Origin: Oscillospiraceae bacterium
GTDB taxonomy: Bacteria > Bacillota > Clostridia > Oscillospirales > Butyricicoccaceae
Length of the DNA stretch: 64,000 nucleotides
Assembly: GCA_045636925.1 (NCBI GenBank)
Contig: JAZTYK010000002.1
Coordinates: forward strand, 61,170-125,169
Reading direction: 5' to 3'
Within the stretch, counting starts at the first letter, position 1; every line of letters begins with the position of its first letter. Both the position numbers and the translations under genes were made by a program. This document shows, one piece after another, positions 1 to 10,710 of this stretch. The notes under the pieces were generated by a model that was not told the DNA's origin, ran no database searches, and saw nothing but the letters and a program-made list of their open reading frames with translations.

Positions 1-96
1 AGCGTTGGCTGGGTCACAAACCATACCGTTCTGAAGTACCAAATCAAACATATGCTTCACCTTGTCTTTCTTGAGTGTGTTTCTTCCATCCATCAT
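1..96 (-). CDS. Partial CDS, first 32 codons only (gene runs off the left edge); possibly an amidohydrolase-fold enzyme
   Basis: Reverse-strand ATGATG at 96..91 opens an uninterrupted frame to position 1 (MMDGRNTLKKDKVKHMFDLVLQNGMVCDPANA). A DLVLxNGxVxDP start is typical of amidohydrolase-superfamily N-termini. Too short to be sure. Confidence 0.3.
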   Translation of the reverse strand, partial: MMDGRNTLKKDKVKHMFDLVLQNGMVCDPANA

Positions 97-201
97 TATA
101 TACCTATTTTTTCTCTCTGAAAAGGGGTATTTTTCATTGACCCGATACCTGCACCGTGGCATAATAACGGTAACGGAAGTTTTAGAAAGGACGGTGGATG
201 C

Positions 202-1128
202 ATGGATCCCTTGCGCACAGAACTTGTGATCGCGGCGGAAGATGCCGGATTGCCGGTAAAAACCATTCTGCGGCAGCGGCTGGGCCTGTCCACCAATTTG
301 CTCCGCCGGTTAAAGCAAGTGCCCGACGGGATTCTGCTGGACGGTGTGCATGTCACCGTTCGGGCGGAAGTGCAGGCCGGGCAAGTCCTTTCGGTACTGC
401 ACGAACCCGACACCGGTCGGGAAAGTCGGGTAACAGCACAAGAGGGCACGCTGGACATCGTGTATGAAGACGATGATCTGCTGGTGATCAACAAGCCCGC
501 CGGACTGGCCGTGCATCCCTCGCCGGGGCACGACGGAAACACCCTTGCCAACTATGTGATCGCCCATTATCAAAAGCAAGGACTCATGCGGATGTTTCAT
601 CCCGTCAATCGCTTAGATCGGGGCACCAGCGGGTTGCTTTGCATCGCAAAGACCCAGATGGCTGCTCAGCGGCTGGGAGTCCAGCTGCAGCGGCGGGAAC
701 TGGGGCGCACCTATCACGCGGTGGTCTCCGGCGGAAGCTTTCCCGCAAAGGGCACCATTGATCTACCCATTGGGCGCAGACCGGGCAAAGGCATTGCCCG
801 ACAAGTACGCGCCGACGGCGAACGGGCGGTGACTCATTTTCGAGTGCTGCAGCGGCAGGCGCATGCCATGCTGCTGGAACTGAAGCTGGAGACCGGACGC
901 ACCCATCAGATCCGGGTGCACTGCAGCTTTTTGGGGCATCCGGTGCTGGGGGACTTTATGTACGGCCAGGAATACGACTGGCTGGACGGGCAGGCGCTGC
1001 ATGCCTGCCGGCTGGAGTTTGCCCATCCCATCACAGGAGAAGCGCTGTGTTTTGAAGCGCCGGAGCCGTGGTATTTTGATGCTCTGCTGGAAAACAAGAT
1101 GCCCGCCGAATCACAGAATCACATCTAA
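202..1128 (+). CDS. RluA/RluD-family rRNA pseudouridine synthase
   Basis: 308-aa ORF with the HPVNRLDRGTSGLL catalytic-Asp motif and a GRTHQIRVH motif. N-terminal S4-like segment. Confidence 0.9.
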   Translation: MDPLRTELVIAAEDAGLPVKTILRQRLGLSTNLLRRLKQVPDGILLDGVHVTVRAEVQAGQVLSVLHEPDTGRESRVTAQEGTLDIVYEDDDLLVINKPAGLAVHPSPGHDGNTLANYVIAHYQKQGLMRMFHPVNRLDRGTSGLLCIAKTQMAAQRLGVQLQRRELGRTYHAVVSGGSFPAKGTIDLPIGRRPGKGIARQVRADGERAVTHFRVLQRQAHAMLLELKLETGRTHQIRVHCSFLGHPVLGDFMYGQEYDWLDGQALHACRLEFAHPITGEALCFEAPEPWYFDALLENKMPAESQNHI

Positions 1129-1135
1129 GCAAAAA

Positions 1136-1170
1136 CACCCTTGCCAAGCGGCAAGGGTGCTTTTCTTTTT
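1136..1170. terminator. Bidirectional intrinsic terminator between the convergent rlu-like and GNAT genes
   Basis: CACCCTTGCC-AAGC-GGCAAGGGTG stem flanked by an A-run upstream and CTTTTCTTTTT downstream. Confidence 0.7.
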
Positions 1171-1651
1171 ACAGATCTTTCCTCATGAAAAGGGTGCTCT
1201 CCACCGGGCTGTCGTTGTAGCAGGGGATAAACTCAAAGCCATATCGCTGATACAGACGAATGGCGCTGTCCAGCTGGGGCAATGTATCCAGCAGCATCTG
1301 CTTGTAACCCAGTTCTCTGGCGTCCTGCAAAATGCGCTGCACCAATTTTTCTCCCAGCCGATGCCGTCGGTACTCCGGGCGGACATACAGCCGCTTCATC
1401 TCGCAGCGGGTCTCATCCAGCTTCCTTAGACCGATGCATCCGGCAGGCTGTCCGTCCATCAATGCCAGATGCAGCACGCCCTCCGGCGGGCCGTACTTGT
1501 AGGGCAGATCCCGAATCTCGTGCTGATAGTTCTGCTGCTTCAGATACCCGGCAAAAGAGGGTTCTGTTTCTACCAGCATTTGGGTGTATTCGGTGAACAA
1601 GGCAACGACCTCTGCGGGGTGCTCTAATCCCGAAACAAAGGTGCATTCCAT
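1169..1651 (-). CDS. GNAT-family N-acetyltransferase
   Basis: ORF-track protein with an RRHRLGEKLV (R-x-x-G-x-G/A-like) acetyl-CoA motif. The ATG at 1651 follows a GAGGTG RBS. The 1663 start in the track is a TTG. Confidence 0.8.
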   Translation of the reverse strand: MECTFVSGLEHPAEVVALFTEYTQMLVETEPSFAGYLKQQNYQHEIRDLPYKYGPPEGVLHLALMDGQPAGCIGLRKLDETRCEMKRLYVRPEYRRHRLGEKLVQRILQDARELGYKQMLLDTLPQLDSAIRLYQRYGFEFIPCYNDSPVESTLFMRKDL

Positions 1652-1659
1652 ACTGCACC

Positions 1660-2598
1660 TCAATCGTCGGTACGGACGCCCTGCCGGATGCTGCCGATGT
1701 CATAGGGCGTGGTCTGGTAGACGCAATAGTTCAGCCAGTTGCCGTACAGCAGATGGGCGCAGGAGCGCCAGGAAACCAGCGGGGGCTTTTGGGGATCATT
1801 ATCTGGATAGTAATTTTCCGGCACGGCAATGTCGATGCCGGCGGCCACATCACGGTCATACTCCTTCTTCAGGGTGTCACGGTCGTATTCTGCATGACCA
1901 AAGAGGAACACCTGCTTGCAGCCCTCGGTCTTGACGGCATAGACACCGGCCTCAGGAGACACCGACATGACCTTCAGTCCCGGCACAGCCTCGATATCCT
2001 CACGCAGGACGGTGGTATTGCGGGAATGGGGCACCAGAAAATGATCGTCAAAGCCTCGGAACAAGATAAAGTTGGGGTCTTCCAGGGTGTGTTCAAACAC
2101 ACCGAAGAGTTTTTGATCCAGCAGCCGCTTTTGAACACCGTAATGATAATACAGGCCGGCCTGTGCGCCCCAGCAAATGTGCAGGGTTGAGTGCACGTGG
2201 GTCTTGCTCCACTCCATGATCTCGCACAGTTCAGGCCAATAATCCACCTGTTCAAAGGGCATCAGCTCTACCGGTGCGCCGGTGATGATCAGACCGTCAA
2301 AGCTGCGGTCACGCACATCGGCAAAGGTCTTGTAGAAAGACAGCATATGCTCTTGAGAAGTGTTTTTTGAAATGTGTCCGGCGGGGGCAATCAGTTCCAG
2401 CTCGATCTGCAGGGGCGTATTACCCAGCACGCGGGCAAGCTGGGTCTCGGTGTCCACCTTGGTGGGCATCAAATTCAGCAGCAGGATCTGCAGGGGACGG
2501 ATATCCTGGGTGATGGCGCGGGTTTCGGTCATCACAAAGATATTTTCCCGGGTCAGAATACCGGTTGCCGGCAGTTGGTTTGGAATCTTAATGGGCAT
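1660..2598 (-). CDS. metA: Homoserine O-acyltransferase (MetA family)
   Basis: [11 protein letters not shown]...LLNLMPTK...[12 protein letters not shown] is characteristic MetA sequence. The gene lies 1 nt downstream of metY. Confidence 0.92.
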   Translation of the reverse strand: MPIKIPNQLPATGILTRENIFVMTETRAITQDIRPLQILLLNLMPTKVDTETQLARVLGNTPLQIELELIAPAGHISKNTSQEHMLSFYKTFADVRDRSFDGLIITGAPVELMPFEQVDYWPELCEIMEWSKTHVHSTLHICWGAQAGLYYHYGVQKRLLDQKLFGVFEHTLEDPNFILFRGFDDHFLVPHSRNTTVLREDIEAVPGLKVMSVSPEAGVYAVKTEGCKQVFLFGHAEYDRDTLKKEYDRDVAAGIDIAVPENYYPDNDPQKPPLVSWRSCAHLLYGNWLNYCVYQTTPYDIGSIRQGVRTDD

Positions 2599-2599
2599 A

Positions 2600-3886
2600 T
2601 TACTTCACCTGCTCCAAAGCTTGTTCGATATCGGCAATCAGATCTGCTTTGCTCTCCAGACCGCAGGACATGCGCACCAGTCCGGCAGGAACACCGGCTG
2701 CCTTCAGCTGCTCTTCGGTCATCTGGCGGTGGGTGGTGCTGGCGGGATTCAGGCAGCAGGTACGGGCATCGGCCACATGGGTCTCAATGGCAGCCAGCTT
2801 CAGCGCCTCCATAAAGACACCGGCAGCCTCTCTGCCGCCCTTCAGCTCGAAGGATACCACGCCGCAGGAGCCATTCGGCAGATACTTCTGTGCCAGGGCA
2901 TAGTATTTATCACCGGGCAGGCCGCAGTAATGCACGCATTCTACCTTGGGGTGCTTTGCCAGATATTCGGCAACCGCCTGGCCGTTTTCACAATGACGGG
3001 CCATACGGACGTGCAGGCTCTCCAGACCCAGGTTCAGATAAAAGGCGCTCTGAGGCGAGGGAGTAGAGCCCAGGTCACGCATCAGCTGGGCGGTACACTT
3101 GGTGATAAATGCGCCGGCCTTGCCAAAGCGTTCGGCATAGGTGATGCCGTGATAGCTGTCATCGGGGGTGCACAGGCCGGGGAACTTGTCGGCATGGGCC
3201 ATCCAGTCGAAGTTGCCGGAGTCTACGATGGCGCCGATAACCGCAACACCATGACCATCCATGTACTTGGTCGCGGAATGGGTGACGATGTCAGCGCCCC
3301 ACTCGAAGGGACGGCAGCCTACGGGCGTGGCAAAGGTGTTGTCTACGATCAGGGGCACACCGTGGGCATGGGCAGCCTTGGCAAACTTTTCGATATCCAG
3401 CACCGTCAGGGCAGGGTTGGCGATGGTCTCGCCAAAGACAGCTTTGGTATTGGGACGGAAGGCTGCGTTCAGTTCTTCTTCAGTGCAATCGGGAGAAACA
3501 AAGGTGGCTTCTACACCCATCTTTGCCATGGTGACAGAAATAAGGTTGAAGGTGCCGCCATAGATGCTGGAGGATGCCACGATATGGTCGCCGCAGGCGG
3601 CAATGTTAAAGAGGGCAAAGAAGTTTGCGGCCTGGCCGGAAGAAGTCAGCATGGCAGCGGTGCCGCCCTCCATCTGGGCGATCTTGGCTGCGACGGCATC
3701 ACAGGTGGGATTCTGCAGGCGGCTGTAGAAATAACCCTCGGCCTCCAGGTCAAAGAGCTTGCCCATGGCTTCGCCGGTGGCATACTTAAAGGTGGTGCTT
3801 TGCACAATGGGGATCTGGCGGGGTTCGCCATTGCCGGGGGTGTAGCCACCCTGGACACAAATGGTCTCGATGTGTTGCTTGCTCAT
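2600..3886 (-). CDS. metY: O-acetylhomoserine sulfhydrylase (PLP-dependent Cys/Met metabolism family)
   Basis: Starts [15 protein letters not shown] after an AAGGAG RBS, with the [13 protein letters not shown]-lysine motif. The longer ORF-track start at 4003 would run through the leader terminator. Confidence 0.92.
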   Translation of the reverse strand: MSKQHIETICVQGGYTPGNGEPRQIPIVQSTTFKYATGEAMGKLFDLEAEGYFYSRLQNPTCDAVAAKIAQMEGGTAAMLTSSGQAANFFALFNIAACGDHIVASSSIYGGTFNLISVTMAKMGVEATFVSPDCTEEELNAAFRPNTKAVFGETIANPALTVLDIEKFAKAAHAHGVPLIVDNTFATPVGCRPFEWGADIVTHSATKYMDGHGVAVIGAIVDSGNFDWMAHADKFPGLCTPDDSYHGITYAERFGKAGAFITKCTAQLMRDLGSTPSPQSAFYLNLGLESLHVRMARHCENGQAVAEYLAKHPKVECVHYCGLPGDKYYALAQKYLPNGSCGVVSFELKGGREAAGVFMEALKLAAIETHVADARTCCLNPASTTHRQMTEEQLKAAGVPAGLVRMSCGLESKADLIADIEQALEQVK

Positions 3887-3942
3887 ATTAACTGACTCCT
3901 TTCTGCAGAAAGAAAAAATAATTACAACAGCTTTTGGGGTAT

Positions 3943-3984
3943 AAAAAAACGGCATTCGTCCCAAATTGCTTTGAGACGAAAGCC
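3943..3984 (-). terminator. Intrinsic terminator of the T-box leader
   Basis: On the minus strand GGCUUUCGUC...GACGAAUGCC is followed by UUUUUUU. The 5' arm overlaps the T-box antiterminator region. Confidence 0.8.
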
Positions 3985-4205
3985 GTAACTTCCGCGGTAC
4001 CACTCAAATTGCGCCCAATGGACGCCACTCACAGGGTCTATCAACCCCTCTGCACTGACGCAGCAGTCTGCGGAGACGCCCTAACAGCTTACGCCCTCGA
4101 ACGCTCGGCTCCGAAGCCATAGATCCTGAAACCCTCTGCCACCGGCTCACACCATACGCCGGCTCTCTGGAGGCATCCTGTTTCGATCCTCTTCATCATT
4201 GCTAT
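3943..4205 (-). promoter_or_regulatory. T-box riboswitch leader, probably Met-specific, controlling metY-metA
   Basis: The minus strand carries four elements. A K-turn-like AAUGAUGAAGAGGA. An AGAGAG bulge. The conserved T-box sequence AAUUUGAGUGGUACCGCG (plus-strand 3993..4010). A terminator. A candidate AUG specifier followed by G sits at 4118..4120. Confidence 0.8.
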
Positions 4206-4212
4206 GTTGTTC

Positions 4213-4241
4213 ATTATAAAAGACCCGTTGGCATTTGTCAA
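4213..4241 (-). promoter_or_regulatory. Consensus sigma-70 promoter for the T-box/metY operon
   Basis: Minus strand reads TTGACA-17 nt-TATAAT exactly (tgtcaa 4236..4241, attata 4213..4218). Confidence 0.75.
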
Positions 4242-4250
4242 CGGGTCTTT
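4220..4250 (-). terminator. Intrinsic terminator of the upstream hypothetical gene, overlapping the T-box promoter
   Basis: AAGACCCGUUG-loop-CAACGGGUCUU followed by UUUAUAAU on the minus strand. Confidence 0.7.
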
Positions 4251-4279
4251 TCGGTTTGTGAAACAGATGTCTGGGTTTT

Positions 4280-5890
4280 TCATTTTCTGCGCTGCAGCAG
4301 CATGATTACTGCCATGGCGCCGCCAAAGGCCACTGTGCAGAACAGGAAGCAGGCCAGCCACGGAGCTTGCCAAAAAGCACCAAGCTCTCCTGCCAGCAGC
4401 ATCACCAGCGCCACAATCGGGGCAAACAGCAGTAAAAAGCTCAGTCCAAAGGCAACACCCATCAGCAAGCTCAGCAGCAGAATACCCCATACCGGGATTT
4501 GCACCAGCGATTTGCGCTCGGTTTTGCTAAGTTTTTCAAGACGTGCCTTTTTCCCCGCAATGATTGCCGCGCTGGTGGGTGTAAGATCCGAAAACATGGT
4601 CAGTACGTTCTGATAGCTGCGTCTGCCCTTTTCCTCGAACATCGCAGAAAAAATATCCGGGCGCATGCCGGGAACATAGTTCTTGTGCTTGACAAACACT
4701 GTGCCCACCACAAAATAAATGTCGGGATTACCCAGCACCGGGGCTTCCAGCGCCTGCACCAGATAAAAACCATGCTGCTCGCCGCCGACCACATAATCCT
4801 GCCCGTATGACTGCAACAGCGTCAGCCCTTTTTTTGGGCCCTCTTGCCAAAAGAAGGGGTATTCACCCTGAAACCCCATTTCTTGCAAGGTATTGGTCAC
4901 GGCCTGTCGCTTGTGCACAAGATTCGGGTCATCTGCATAGGCCATTGGCAACCCTGCCTGCGATGCCACGATTGCTTCATATAGCTGCCGCCAAAGGGGT
5001 TCACAACCCACTTGCCGCAGGCACACCAGCAGCTTTTTCCGGTACTTTTCCTGCTTTTGTGCCGGCGCTGTGGAAAACTTTTCAAGCGCGGATGCAGCCT
5101 TGGGCAGATTATGCGCTCGCAGCTGCTCCAGCAGCGGGGCGCAGAGCGCTTTTCCCTGTTCTTCTATGCCGTCTTCTTCCAGCTTACCGAGGGCCTGCAG
5201 CATGGGAAACAGCGCCTGCTCCTGCTCGTTCAGCAGGGCGGCATCCACCTGATGCTTTTCTAAAATCGCTTCTGCCATACCGCTGAGCACCAGCCAGGGG
5301 TTCTCTGTAAACCCGATGCAGGACGCGGCGTGATAAAATTCCCGCTGAAATTGCAGCCCGTCAAAATCCAGATCCAGCCGCTCGAAGGCCTCGGTAAGGA
5401 AGCTCAGCCGATAGCCGGTTTCCCGGCGGGTCAGCTCCCACCAAATGGGTTCCTCCAGTACCAGAGAACCATCCATTTCCAAACCCTGCAGTATTAGGTG
5501 TGCCTTTTGCGCAAAACGTGTTGGCAACACCACCCGAGCGCTTTTGCCGTCGGACGCAGGATGCAGGCTGCAGAAATCCAGCAGCCCGATTTCCTGCAGC
5601 CTGAGCTGCGGCGCCGCTTCATGTACCAGCGCGATCACGCCGGCATCCCGGTTTTGCTCTGCGGCAGGTAAGGTTTCGTTGTACAGATCCACCAGCGACA
5701 GGATCTCCCACAAAGGGCGATCGGGGGCAAGCTGTGCCTTTAGATGGGGCACTGCCGAAAGCTGATGCGCGTTTGCGATGATGGCACGGATCTCGTCTTC
5801 ATACACCTCTGCCCATTTGCGCTTTACGTCGTAATAAATATAGTCATGCAACCGATGCAGCAGCAGTAAATTTTGATCAATGTATTGCAT
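4280..5890 (-). CDS. Hypothetical protein with C-terminal multi-pass membrane anchor
   Basis: The start MQYIDQNLLLL at 5890 follows a GGAGGTG RBS. The ORF-track start at 5995 lies inside the rplQ terminator. The last ~90 aa form 3 hydrophobic helices. No motif recognised. Confidence 0.6.
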   Translation of the reverse strand: MQYIDQNLLLLHRLHDYIYYDVKRKWAEVYEDEIRAIIANAHQLSAVPHLKAQLAPDRPLWEILSLVDLYNETLPAAEQNRDAGVIALVHEAAPQLRLQEIGLLDFCSLHPASDGKSARVVLPTRFAQKAHLILQGLEMDGSLVLEEPIWWELTRRETGYRLSFLTEAFERLDLDFDGLQFQREFYHAASCIGFTENPWLVLSGMAEAILEKHQVDAALLNEQEQALFPMLQALGKLEEDGIEEQGKALCAPLLEQLRAHNLPKAASALEKFSTAPAQKQEKYRKKLLVCLRQVGCEPLWRQLYEAIVASQAGLPMAYADDPNLVHKRQAVTNTLQEMGFQGEYPFFWQEGPKKGLTLLQSYGQDYVVGGEQHGFYLVQALEAPVLGNPDIYFVVGTVFVKHKNYVPGMRPDIFSAMFEEKGRRSYQNVLTMFSDLTPTSAAIIAGKKARLEKLSKTERKSLVQIPVWGILLLSLLMGVAFGLSFLLLFAPIVALVMLLAGELGAFWQAPWLACFLFCTVAFGGAMAVIMLLQRRK

Positions 5891-5918
5891 ACGCACCTCC
5901 GGCGCAGGTATTTTCTCT

Positions 5919-5947
5919 ATCATAGCACGATGCAGCGGCATGCACAA
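5919..5947 (-). promoter_or_regulatory. Sigma-70-type promoter for the 4280..5890 gene
   Basis: Minus strand TTGTGC-17 nt-TATGAT, about 25 nt upstream of the RBS. Confidence 0.5.
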
Positions 5948-5965
5948 GGGCATACCGCTGCCGGC

Positions 5966-6015
5966 AAAACAAAAAGGGATTGTTCCGCAGCACATCTCTT
6001 GCGGAACAATCCCTT
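5966..6015 (-). terminator. Intrinsic terminator ending the ribosomal protein (alpha) operon
   Basis: 16-bp stem AAGGGAUUGUUCCGCA / UGCGGAACAAUCCCUU followed by UUUGUUUU on the minus strand. Confidence 0.85.
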
Positions 6016-6038
6016 GAAGCGGATCAAATGATGTTAAA

Positions 6039-6380
6039 TCAGATCAGCTCGATGATGGCCATTTCAGCGCCATCGCCGCGACGGGGACCGATCTTGGTGA
6101 TACGGGTGTAGCCGCCGTTACGGTCTGCATACTTGGGAGCGATTTCGTCAAAAGTCTTCTTGACGACAGCTTCCTTGGTGATGAAAGCCATGGCCTGACG
6201 CTTGGCGTTCAGGTCACCCTTCTTGCCGAGAGTGATCATCTTCTCAGCCAGGGGACGAACTTCCTTAGCGCGGGTCACAGTGGTCTCGATCTTGCCGTTC
6301 TCCAGCAGATAGGTGACCATGGCGCGCAGCATGGCGCGGCGATGATCGGTAGGTCTGCCGAGCTTGCGAGTTCCGGGCAT
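6039..6380 (-). CDS. rplQ: 50S ribosomal protein L17
   Basis: 113-aa translation is typical bL17. Follows rpoA. Confidence 0.97.
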   Translation of the reverse strand: MPGTRKLGRPTDHRRAMLRAMVTYLLENGKIETTVTRAKEVRPLAEKMITLGKKGDLNAKRQAMAFITKEAVVKKTFDEIAPKYADRNGGYTRITKIGPRRGDGAEMAIIELI

Positions 6381-6408
6381 TGTGTTTACCTCCTTAAGGT
6401 TAGGGCTC

Positions 6409-6435
6409 GGGCGGGTGCACCACAGTGCACCGCCC
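6409..6435 (-). other. GC-rich intergenic hairpin between rpoA and rplQ with no U-tract
   Basis: GGGCGGGTGCAC-CACA-GTGCACCGCCC, an 11-bp perfect stem. Confidence 0.4.
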
Positions 6436-6449
6436 GTGCCGAAAACGAA

Positions 6450-7400
6450 TTAGTTGTTATCTTCCTTGGGCAGGCTCAGTCCCAGGTCAGCCATCTTCTT
6501 GACGACTTCTTCAAAGGACTTGCGGCCCAGGTTGCGGACCTTCATCATATCCTCTTCCGTGGTCTTAGCCAGGTCAGCGACGGTGTTGATACCGGCGCGC
6601 TTGAGGCAGTTGAAGGAACGAACAGAGAGATCCAGTTCCTCGATGGTCATGTCCAGGATGCCGTCGGGACCGTCCTCGGACTTCTCCACGACAGTAGCGC
6701 GGTTGCTGATTTCATCAGACAGTTCCACGAACAGGCTCAGATGATCGGTCAGGATCTTGGCGCTGAGGCTGATGGCGTCACGTGCGGCAATGGTCTTATC
6801 GGTGAACACTTCCAGGGTCAGCTTGTCATAGTCCGTCATGTTGCCTACACGGGTGTTCTCCACGGTGTAGTTGACCTTATCTACGGGAGTGTAGATAGAG
6901 TCGACGGCGATCTGGCCAATCGTCATCTGAGGAGTCTTGTTCTTCTCGCCGGGGACGTAGCCACGGCCATGGTTGAAGACCAGCTCCATGTTGAACGTTG
7001 CATCCTCAGCCAAGGTCACGATGTGCAGCTCGGGGTTGAGGATCTCGATATCACTGTCGCAGCGGATGTCGCCGGCAGTAACTTCGCCAGCGCCCGACGC
7101 CTCAATGGTCACGGTCTTTTCACCCTGGCAGTGCAGCTTTGCAATAATGCGCTTGACATTCAGGATGATTTCGGTGACATCTTCCTTTACACCGGGCACG
7201 GTAGAAAACTCGTGCTGAACACCGGCGATCTTGATGGAAGTCGCGGCAGTGCCGGGCAGAGAGGAAAGCAGGATGCGGCGCAGGGAATTGCCGAGGGTAG
7301 TGCCGTAACCACGCTCCAGGGGCTCGACCACGAACTTGCCGTAGGAACCATCAGCAGAAGCTTCGACACATTCAATGCTGGGTTTTTCAATTGCGATCAT
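6450..7400 (-). CDS. rpoA: DNA-directed RNA polymerase alpha subunit
   Basis: 316-aa translation with RpoA N-terminal and C-terminal domain sequence ([17 protein letters not shown]). Confidence 0.97.
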   Translation of the reverse strand: MIAIEKPSIECVEASADGSYGKFVVEPLERGYGTTLGNSLRRILLSSLPGTAATSIKIAGVQHEFSTVPGVKEDVTEIILNVKRIIAKLHCQGEKTVTIEASGAGEVTAGDIRCDSDIEILNPELHIVTLAEDATFNMELVFNHGRGYVPGEKNKTPQMTIGQIAVDSIYTPVDKVNYTVENTRVGNMTDYDKLTLEVFTDKTIAARDAISLSAKILTDHLSLFVELSDEISNRATVVEKSEDGPDGILDMTIEELDLSVRSFNCLKRAGINTVADLAKTTEEDMMKVRNLGRKSFEEVVKKMADLGLSLPKEDNN

Positions 7401-7458
7401 TTATTACCCTCCTATGTTAATAAAGTGGCGGGTGTAAAAAGTTGCCTCAGGGCGTCGA

Positions 7459-8085
7459 TTACTTGGAGTACAACTCGACGATGAGGTGCTCTTCCACCTG
7501 CAGGTCAATCTCGCTGCGCTCGGGCAGGCTGACAATAGTAACCTGACCCTTGGCCTTGTCCAGGCTCAGCCAGTTCAGAGCGGGACGGGAAGCGTTGGCT
7601 TCCAGAACAGCCTTAAACTTGTCGGAGCCCATGCTCTTTTCGGTGATAGCAACAACGTCACCGGGCTTTACACGGTAAGAGGGGATGTTGACCTTCTTGC
7701 CGTTAACGGTAAAGTGAGCGTGAGAGACCAGCTGACGGGCCTCGGGACGGCTCATAGCGAAGCCGGCACGATAAACCACGTTGTCCAGACGGCTTTCCAG
7801 AACCTTCAGCAGGTTCTCACCGGTCATGCCGGACATCTTCTCGGCCAGTTCGAAGTAGTGATAGAACTGACCTTCCAGCAGGCCATAGTAACGCTTGGCC
7901 TTCTGCTTCTCACGGAGCTGAGTACCGTACTCGGAGCTCTTCTTGCGGCCCTGGCCGTGCTGGCCGGGGGCGTAGGAGCGACGTGCGATGGCGCACTTGT
8001 CGCTGTAGCATCTGTCACCCTTCAGGAAGAGCTTGTCGCCTTCTCTGCGGCAAATGCGGCATACCGCATCAGTATATCTAGCCAT
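7459..8085 (-). CDS. rpsD: 30S ribosomal protein S4
   Basis: [16 protein letters not shown]... is typical uS4. Confidence 0.97.
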   Translation of the reverse strand: MARYTDAVCRICRREGDKLFLKGDRCYSDKCAIARRSYAPGQHGQGRKKSSEYGTQLREKQKAKRYYGLLEGQFYHYFELAEKMSGMTGENLLKVLESRLDNVVYRAGFAMSRPEARQLVSHAHFTVNGKKVNIPSYRVKPGDVVAITEKSMGSDKFKAVLEANASRPALNWLSLDKAKGQVTIVSLPERSEIDLQVEEHLIVELYSK

Positions 8086-8103
8086 AATTCAGTATACCTC
8101 CTA

Positions 8104-8508
8104 TTAGACTCTTCTGCGCTTGGGGGGACGGCAGCCGTTGTGGGGGATGGGGGTAACATCCTTAATCATAACGACTTCCAGACCTGCTGCCTGCAGGGCA
8201 CGGATGGCGGCTTCACGGCCGGCACCGGGACCCCGGACATAGACCTCAACGGTCTTCAGACCATGCTCCATAGCAGCCTTGGCTGCAGTCTCAGCAGCAG
8301 TCTGTGCTGCGAAGGGAGTGGACTTCTTGCTGCCGCGGAAGCCCAGACCGCCGGAAGATGCCCAGGAAATGGCATTGCCCTTCAGGTCGGTGATGGTCAC
8401 GATGGTGTTGTTAAAGGACGAACGGATATGAACCTGGCCCTTTTCAATATTCTTACGCTCGCGGCGCTTAGTGCGGACCGCTGCCTTCTTAGGCTGTGCC
8501 TTTGCCAT
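8104..8508 (-). CDS. rpsK: 30S ribosomal protein S11
   Basis: Typical uS11 sequence ([18 protein letters not shown]). Confidence 0.97.
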   Translation of the reverse strand: MAKAQPKKAAVRTKRRERKNIEKGQVHIRSSFNNTIVTITDLKGNAISWASSGGLGFRGSKKSTPFAAQTAAETAAKAAMEHGLKTVEVYVRGPGAGREAAIRALQAAGLEVVMIKDVTPIPHNGCRPPKRRRV

Positions 8509-8523
8509 AATTTTCGTCCCTCC

Positions 8524-8892
8524 TTACTTCTTCTTGTTTGCAATGGTCTTCTTGGGACCCTTGCGGGTTCTAGCGTTGGTCTTGGAGCGCTGGCCACGAA
8601 CGGGCAGGCCCTTGCGATGACGCAGACCACGGTAAGAACCAATTTCAACCAGGCGCTTGATGTTCAGAGCGACATCGCGGCGGAGGTCACCCTCTACCAC
8701 ATAGTCACGCTCGATAACTTCGCGCAGCTTGGCGGCTTCATCTTCGGTCAGATCCTTGACACGGGTGTCAGGATTGATACCAGTTTTTACGAGAATATCA
8801 TTGCTGAGCTTGCGGCCGATACCATAAATATAGGTCAGGCCGATTTCCACGCGCTTTTCGCGGGGAAGGTCAACACCGGCAATACGAGCCAT
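8524..8892 (-). CDS. rpsM: 30S ribosomal protein S13
   Basis: [26 protein letters not shown] is typical uS13. Confidence 0.97.
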   Translation of the reverse strand: MARIAGVDLPREKRVEIGLTYIYGIGRKLSNDILVKTGINPDTRVKDLTEDEAAKLREVIERDYVVEGDLRRDVALNIKRLVEIGSYRGLRHRKGLPVRGQRSKTNARTRKGPKKTIANKKK

Positions 8893-8915
8893 TTAGTAAT
8901 ACCTCCTGTGTGTAA

Positions 8916-9029
<114 letters not shown>

Positions 9030-9061
9030 CTAAACTTCCTCCTATCTGTTTCTGCGGTTGC

Positions 9062-9280
9062 TTACTTGGAACGCCAAGTGATTCTGCCGCGGGTCAAATC
9101 ATAAGGGGACATCTGAAGTGTCACCTTGTCGCCGGGGAGAATCTTGATGTAGTTCATGCGGAGCTTGCCGGAAATATGGGCCAGAATCTTGTGGCCTCCG
9201 GGAATCTCCACGCTGAACATAGCGTTTGGCAGCGCGTCTATAACGGTACCTTCTACCTCGATCATATCTTCTTTCGCCAA
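9062..9280 (-). CDS. infA: Translation initiation factor IF-1
   Basis: [22 protein letters not shown]... is typical IF-1. Confidence 0.97.
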   Translation of the reverse strand: MAKEDMIEVEGTVIDALPNAMFSVEIPGGHKILAHISGKLRMNYIKILPGDKVTLQMSPYDLTRGRITWRSK

Positions 9281-9297
9281 AGAAATTACCTCCTCGG

Positions 9298-10062
9298 TTA
9301 TACCTGCTTATCACTGCGGGTCGCAGTCAAAATGATCGGCTCGCCTTTCGTGATCAGGATCGTGTTTTCGTAGTGGGCGGACAGCTTGCCGTCCATTGTC
9401 TTCACGGTCCAGCCGTCAGACAAGCATTTTACTTCGAATGTGCCCTGGTTTACCATCGGTTCGATGGCCAGGGTCATTCCGGCAACCAGCCGGGGGCCGC
9501 GGAGCTTGGATACGTAATTCGGTACCTCAGGCTCTTCATGCAGCGCACTGCCGATGCCGTGTCCGACATATTCCCGCACAATGGAGAAACCATGTTCTTC
9601 ATTATAGGCCTGAATGGCCCGCGAAATATCGGAGATTCTGTTGCCCTCGCGGGCAAATTTGATACCCTCATAGAAGCTCTGCCGGGTCACATCGATGAGC
9701 TTTTGTGCGCTTTCCGATACGGGTCCTGCAGCAAAAGTAGCCGCGCAGTCGCCGTGGTAGCCCATATAAGCAGCACCCACATCAATCTTGACCAGGTCAC
9801 CCGACTGCACTTTTCTGCTGCCTGGAATGCCATGAATGACTTCGTCATTGATGGAACAGCAGATGCTGCCGGGGAAACCCGCGTAACCCAGGAAGGAGGG
9901 TTTTGCTCCTGCCTCGGTAATGACCTTGCGGGCGATCTCGTCAAGTTCCCGTGTTGTGATTCCCGGTTGGACAGCCTTGCCGCAGGCCTCCCGGGCCATT
10001 GCGGCAATTTGTCCGGCCTCTTCCATGAGTTTGATCTCATGGACAGACTTAATCTTGATCAT
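9298..10062 (-). CDS. map: Type I methionine aminopeptidase
   Basis: 254-aa translation with MetAP metal-ligand context ([17 protein letters not shown]). Confidence 0.95.
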   Translation of the reverse strand: MIKIKSVHEIKLMEEAGQIAAMAREACGKAVQPGITTRELDEIARKVITEAGAKPSFLGYAGFPGSICCSINDEVIHGIPGSRKVQSGDLVKIDVGAAYMGYHGDCAATFAAGPVSESAQKLIDVTRQSFYEGIKFAREGNRISDISRAIQAYNEEHGFSIVREYVGHGIGSALHEEPEVPNYVSKLRGPRLVAGMTLAIEPMVNQGTFEVKCLSDGWTVKTMDGKLSAHYENTILITKGEPIILTATRSDKQV

Positions 10063-10694
10063 GCCTCGATCTTCAGTGCGTCGGCGATCCGCTGACGGAT
10101 CTCGGCCACAGCACCGACACCCTGTACAGTGACCAGCTTGCCTTTTGCGGCATAGTGGTGCATGACGGGTTCGGTCTGATCGTGGTAGACCTGCAGACGC
10201 TGCTGTACCACTTCGGGTGCGTCGTCACGACGGATACCCAGAGTTTCGCCACACTTGTCACAAACGCCCTCGGTTGCGGGGGGATTGTTGGTGACGTGGT
10301 AAGTAGCACTGCACTTGGGGCAGGTGCGGCGTCCGGCCATGCGTTCTACGATGACTGCATCGGGTACATCAAAGTACAGTGCAACATCCAGATCCACAAT
10401 GGCGTCCAGCGCCTCTGCCTGGGGGACGGTGCGAGGGAAGCCATCCAGAATTGCGCCGTTGGCACAATCGGGGCTTGCCAGCTTTTCCTTCACCAGTCCG
10501 ATAATAAGCTCATCGGGAACCAGGGCGCCGCGGCTCATATAATCCTGAGCAGCCTTGCCCAGCTCAGTTCCCTGAGCTGTTGCCTCGCGCAGCAGATTGC
10601 CCGTGGAGATCACGGGAATCTGCAGTGCGGTTTTGATGAAATCAGCCTGGGTTCCTTTACCGGCGCCGGGAGCGCCCAACAGGATCATCTTCAT
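10059..10694 (-). CDS. adk: Adenylate kinase (zinc-lid type)
   Basis: GAPGAGKGTQ P-loop and a CPKC...CDKCG lid. Confidence 0.97.
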   Translation of the reverse strand: MKMILLGAPGAGKGTQADFIKTALQIPVISTGNLLREATAQGTELGKAAQDYMSRGALVPDELIIGLVKEKLASPDCANGAILDGFPRTVPQAEALDAIVDLDVALYFDVPDAVIVERMAGRRTCPKCSATYHVTNNPPATEGVCDKCGETLGIRRDDAPEVVQQRLQVYHDQTEPVMHHYAAKGKLVTVQGVGAVAEIRQRIADALKIEA

Positions 10695-10710
10695 CTCAGA
10701 ACACCTCTTT

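Noticed and set aside
2360-3895. 511-aa plus-strand ORF, with analogous antisense ORFs at 31540..32919, 33054..34508, 23219..24409, 25043..25789 and 28625..30034
   Set aside because: They are antisense to metY/metA, the hydrogenase, the amidohydrolase, recG, mpg and the MATE gene respectively. The sense genes carry diagnostic motifs and the antisense products do not.
3905-4205. Expected a SAM-I (S-box) riboswitch upstream of metY
   Set aside because: No S-box core (GAGGGA...GCAACC...GGUGCUAA-type blocks) is present. Instead the region contains the T-box consensus UGGUACCGCG and stem I elements.
4089-4490. 133-aa minus-strand ORF overlapping the T-box leader and the 3' end of the 4280..5890 gene
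   Set aside because: It crosses a terminator, a consensus promoter and a structured RNA leader. It is in a different frame from the well-supported membrane-protein ORF and has no RBS.
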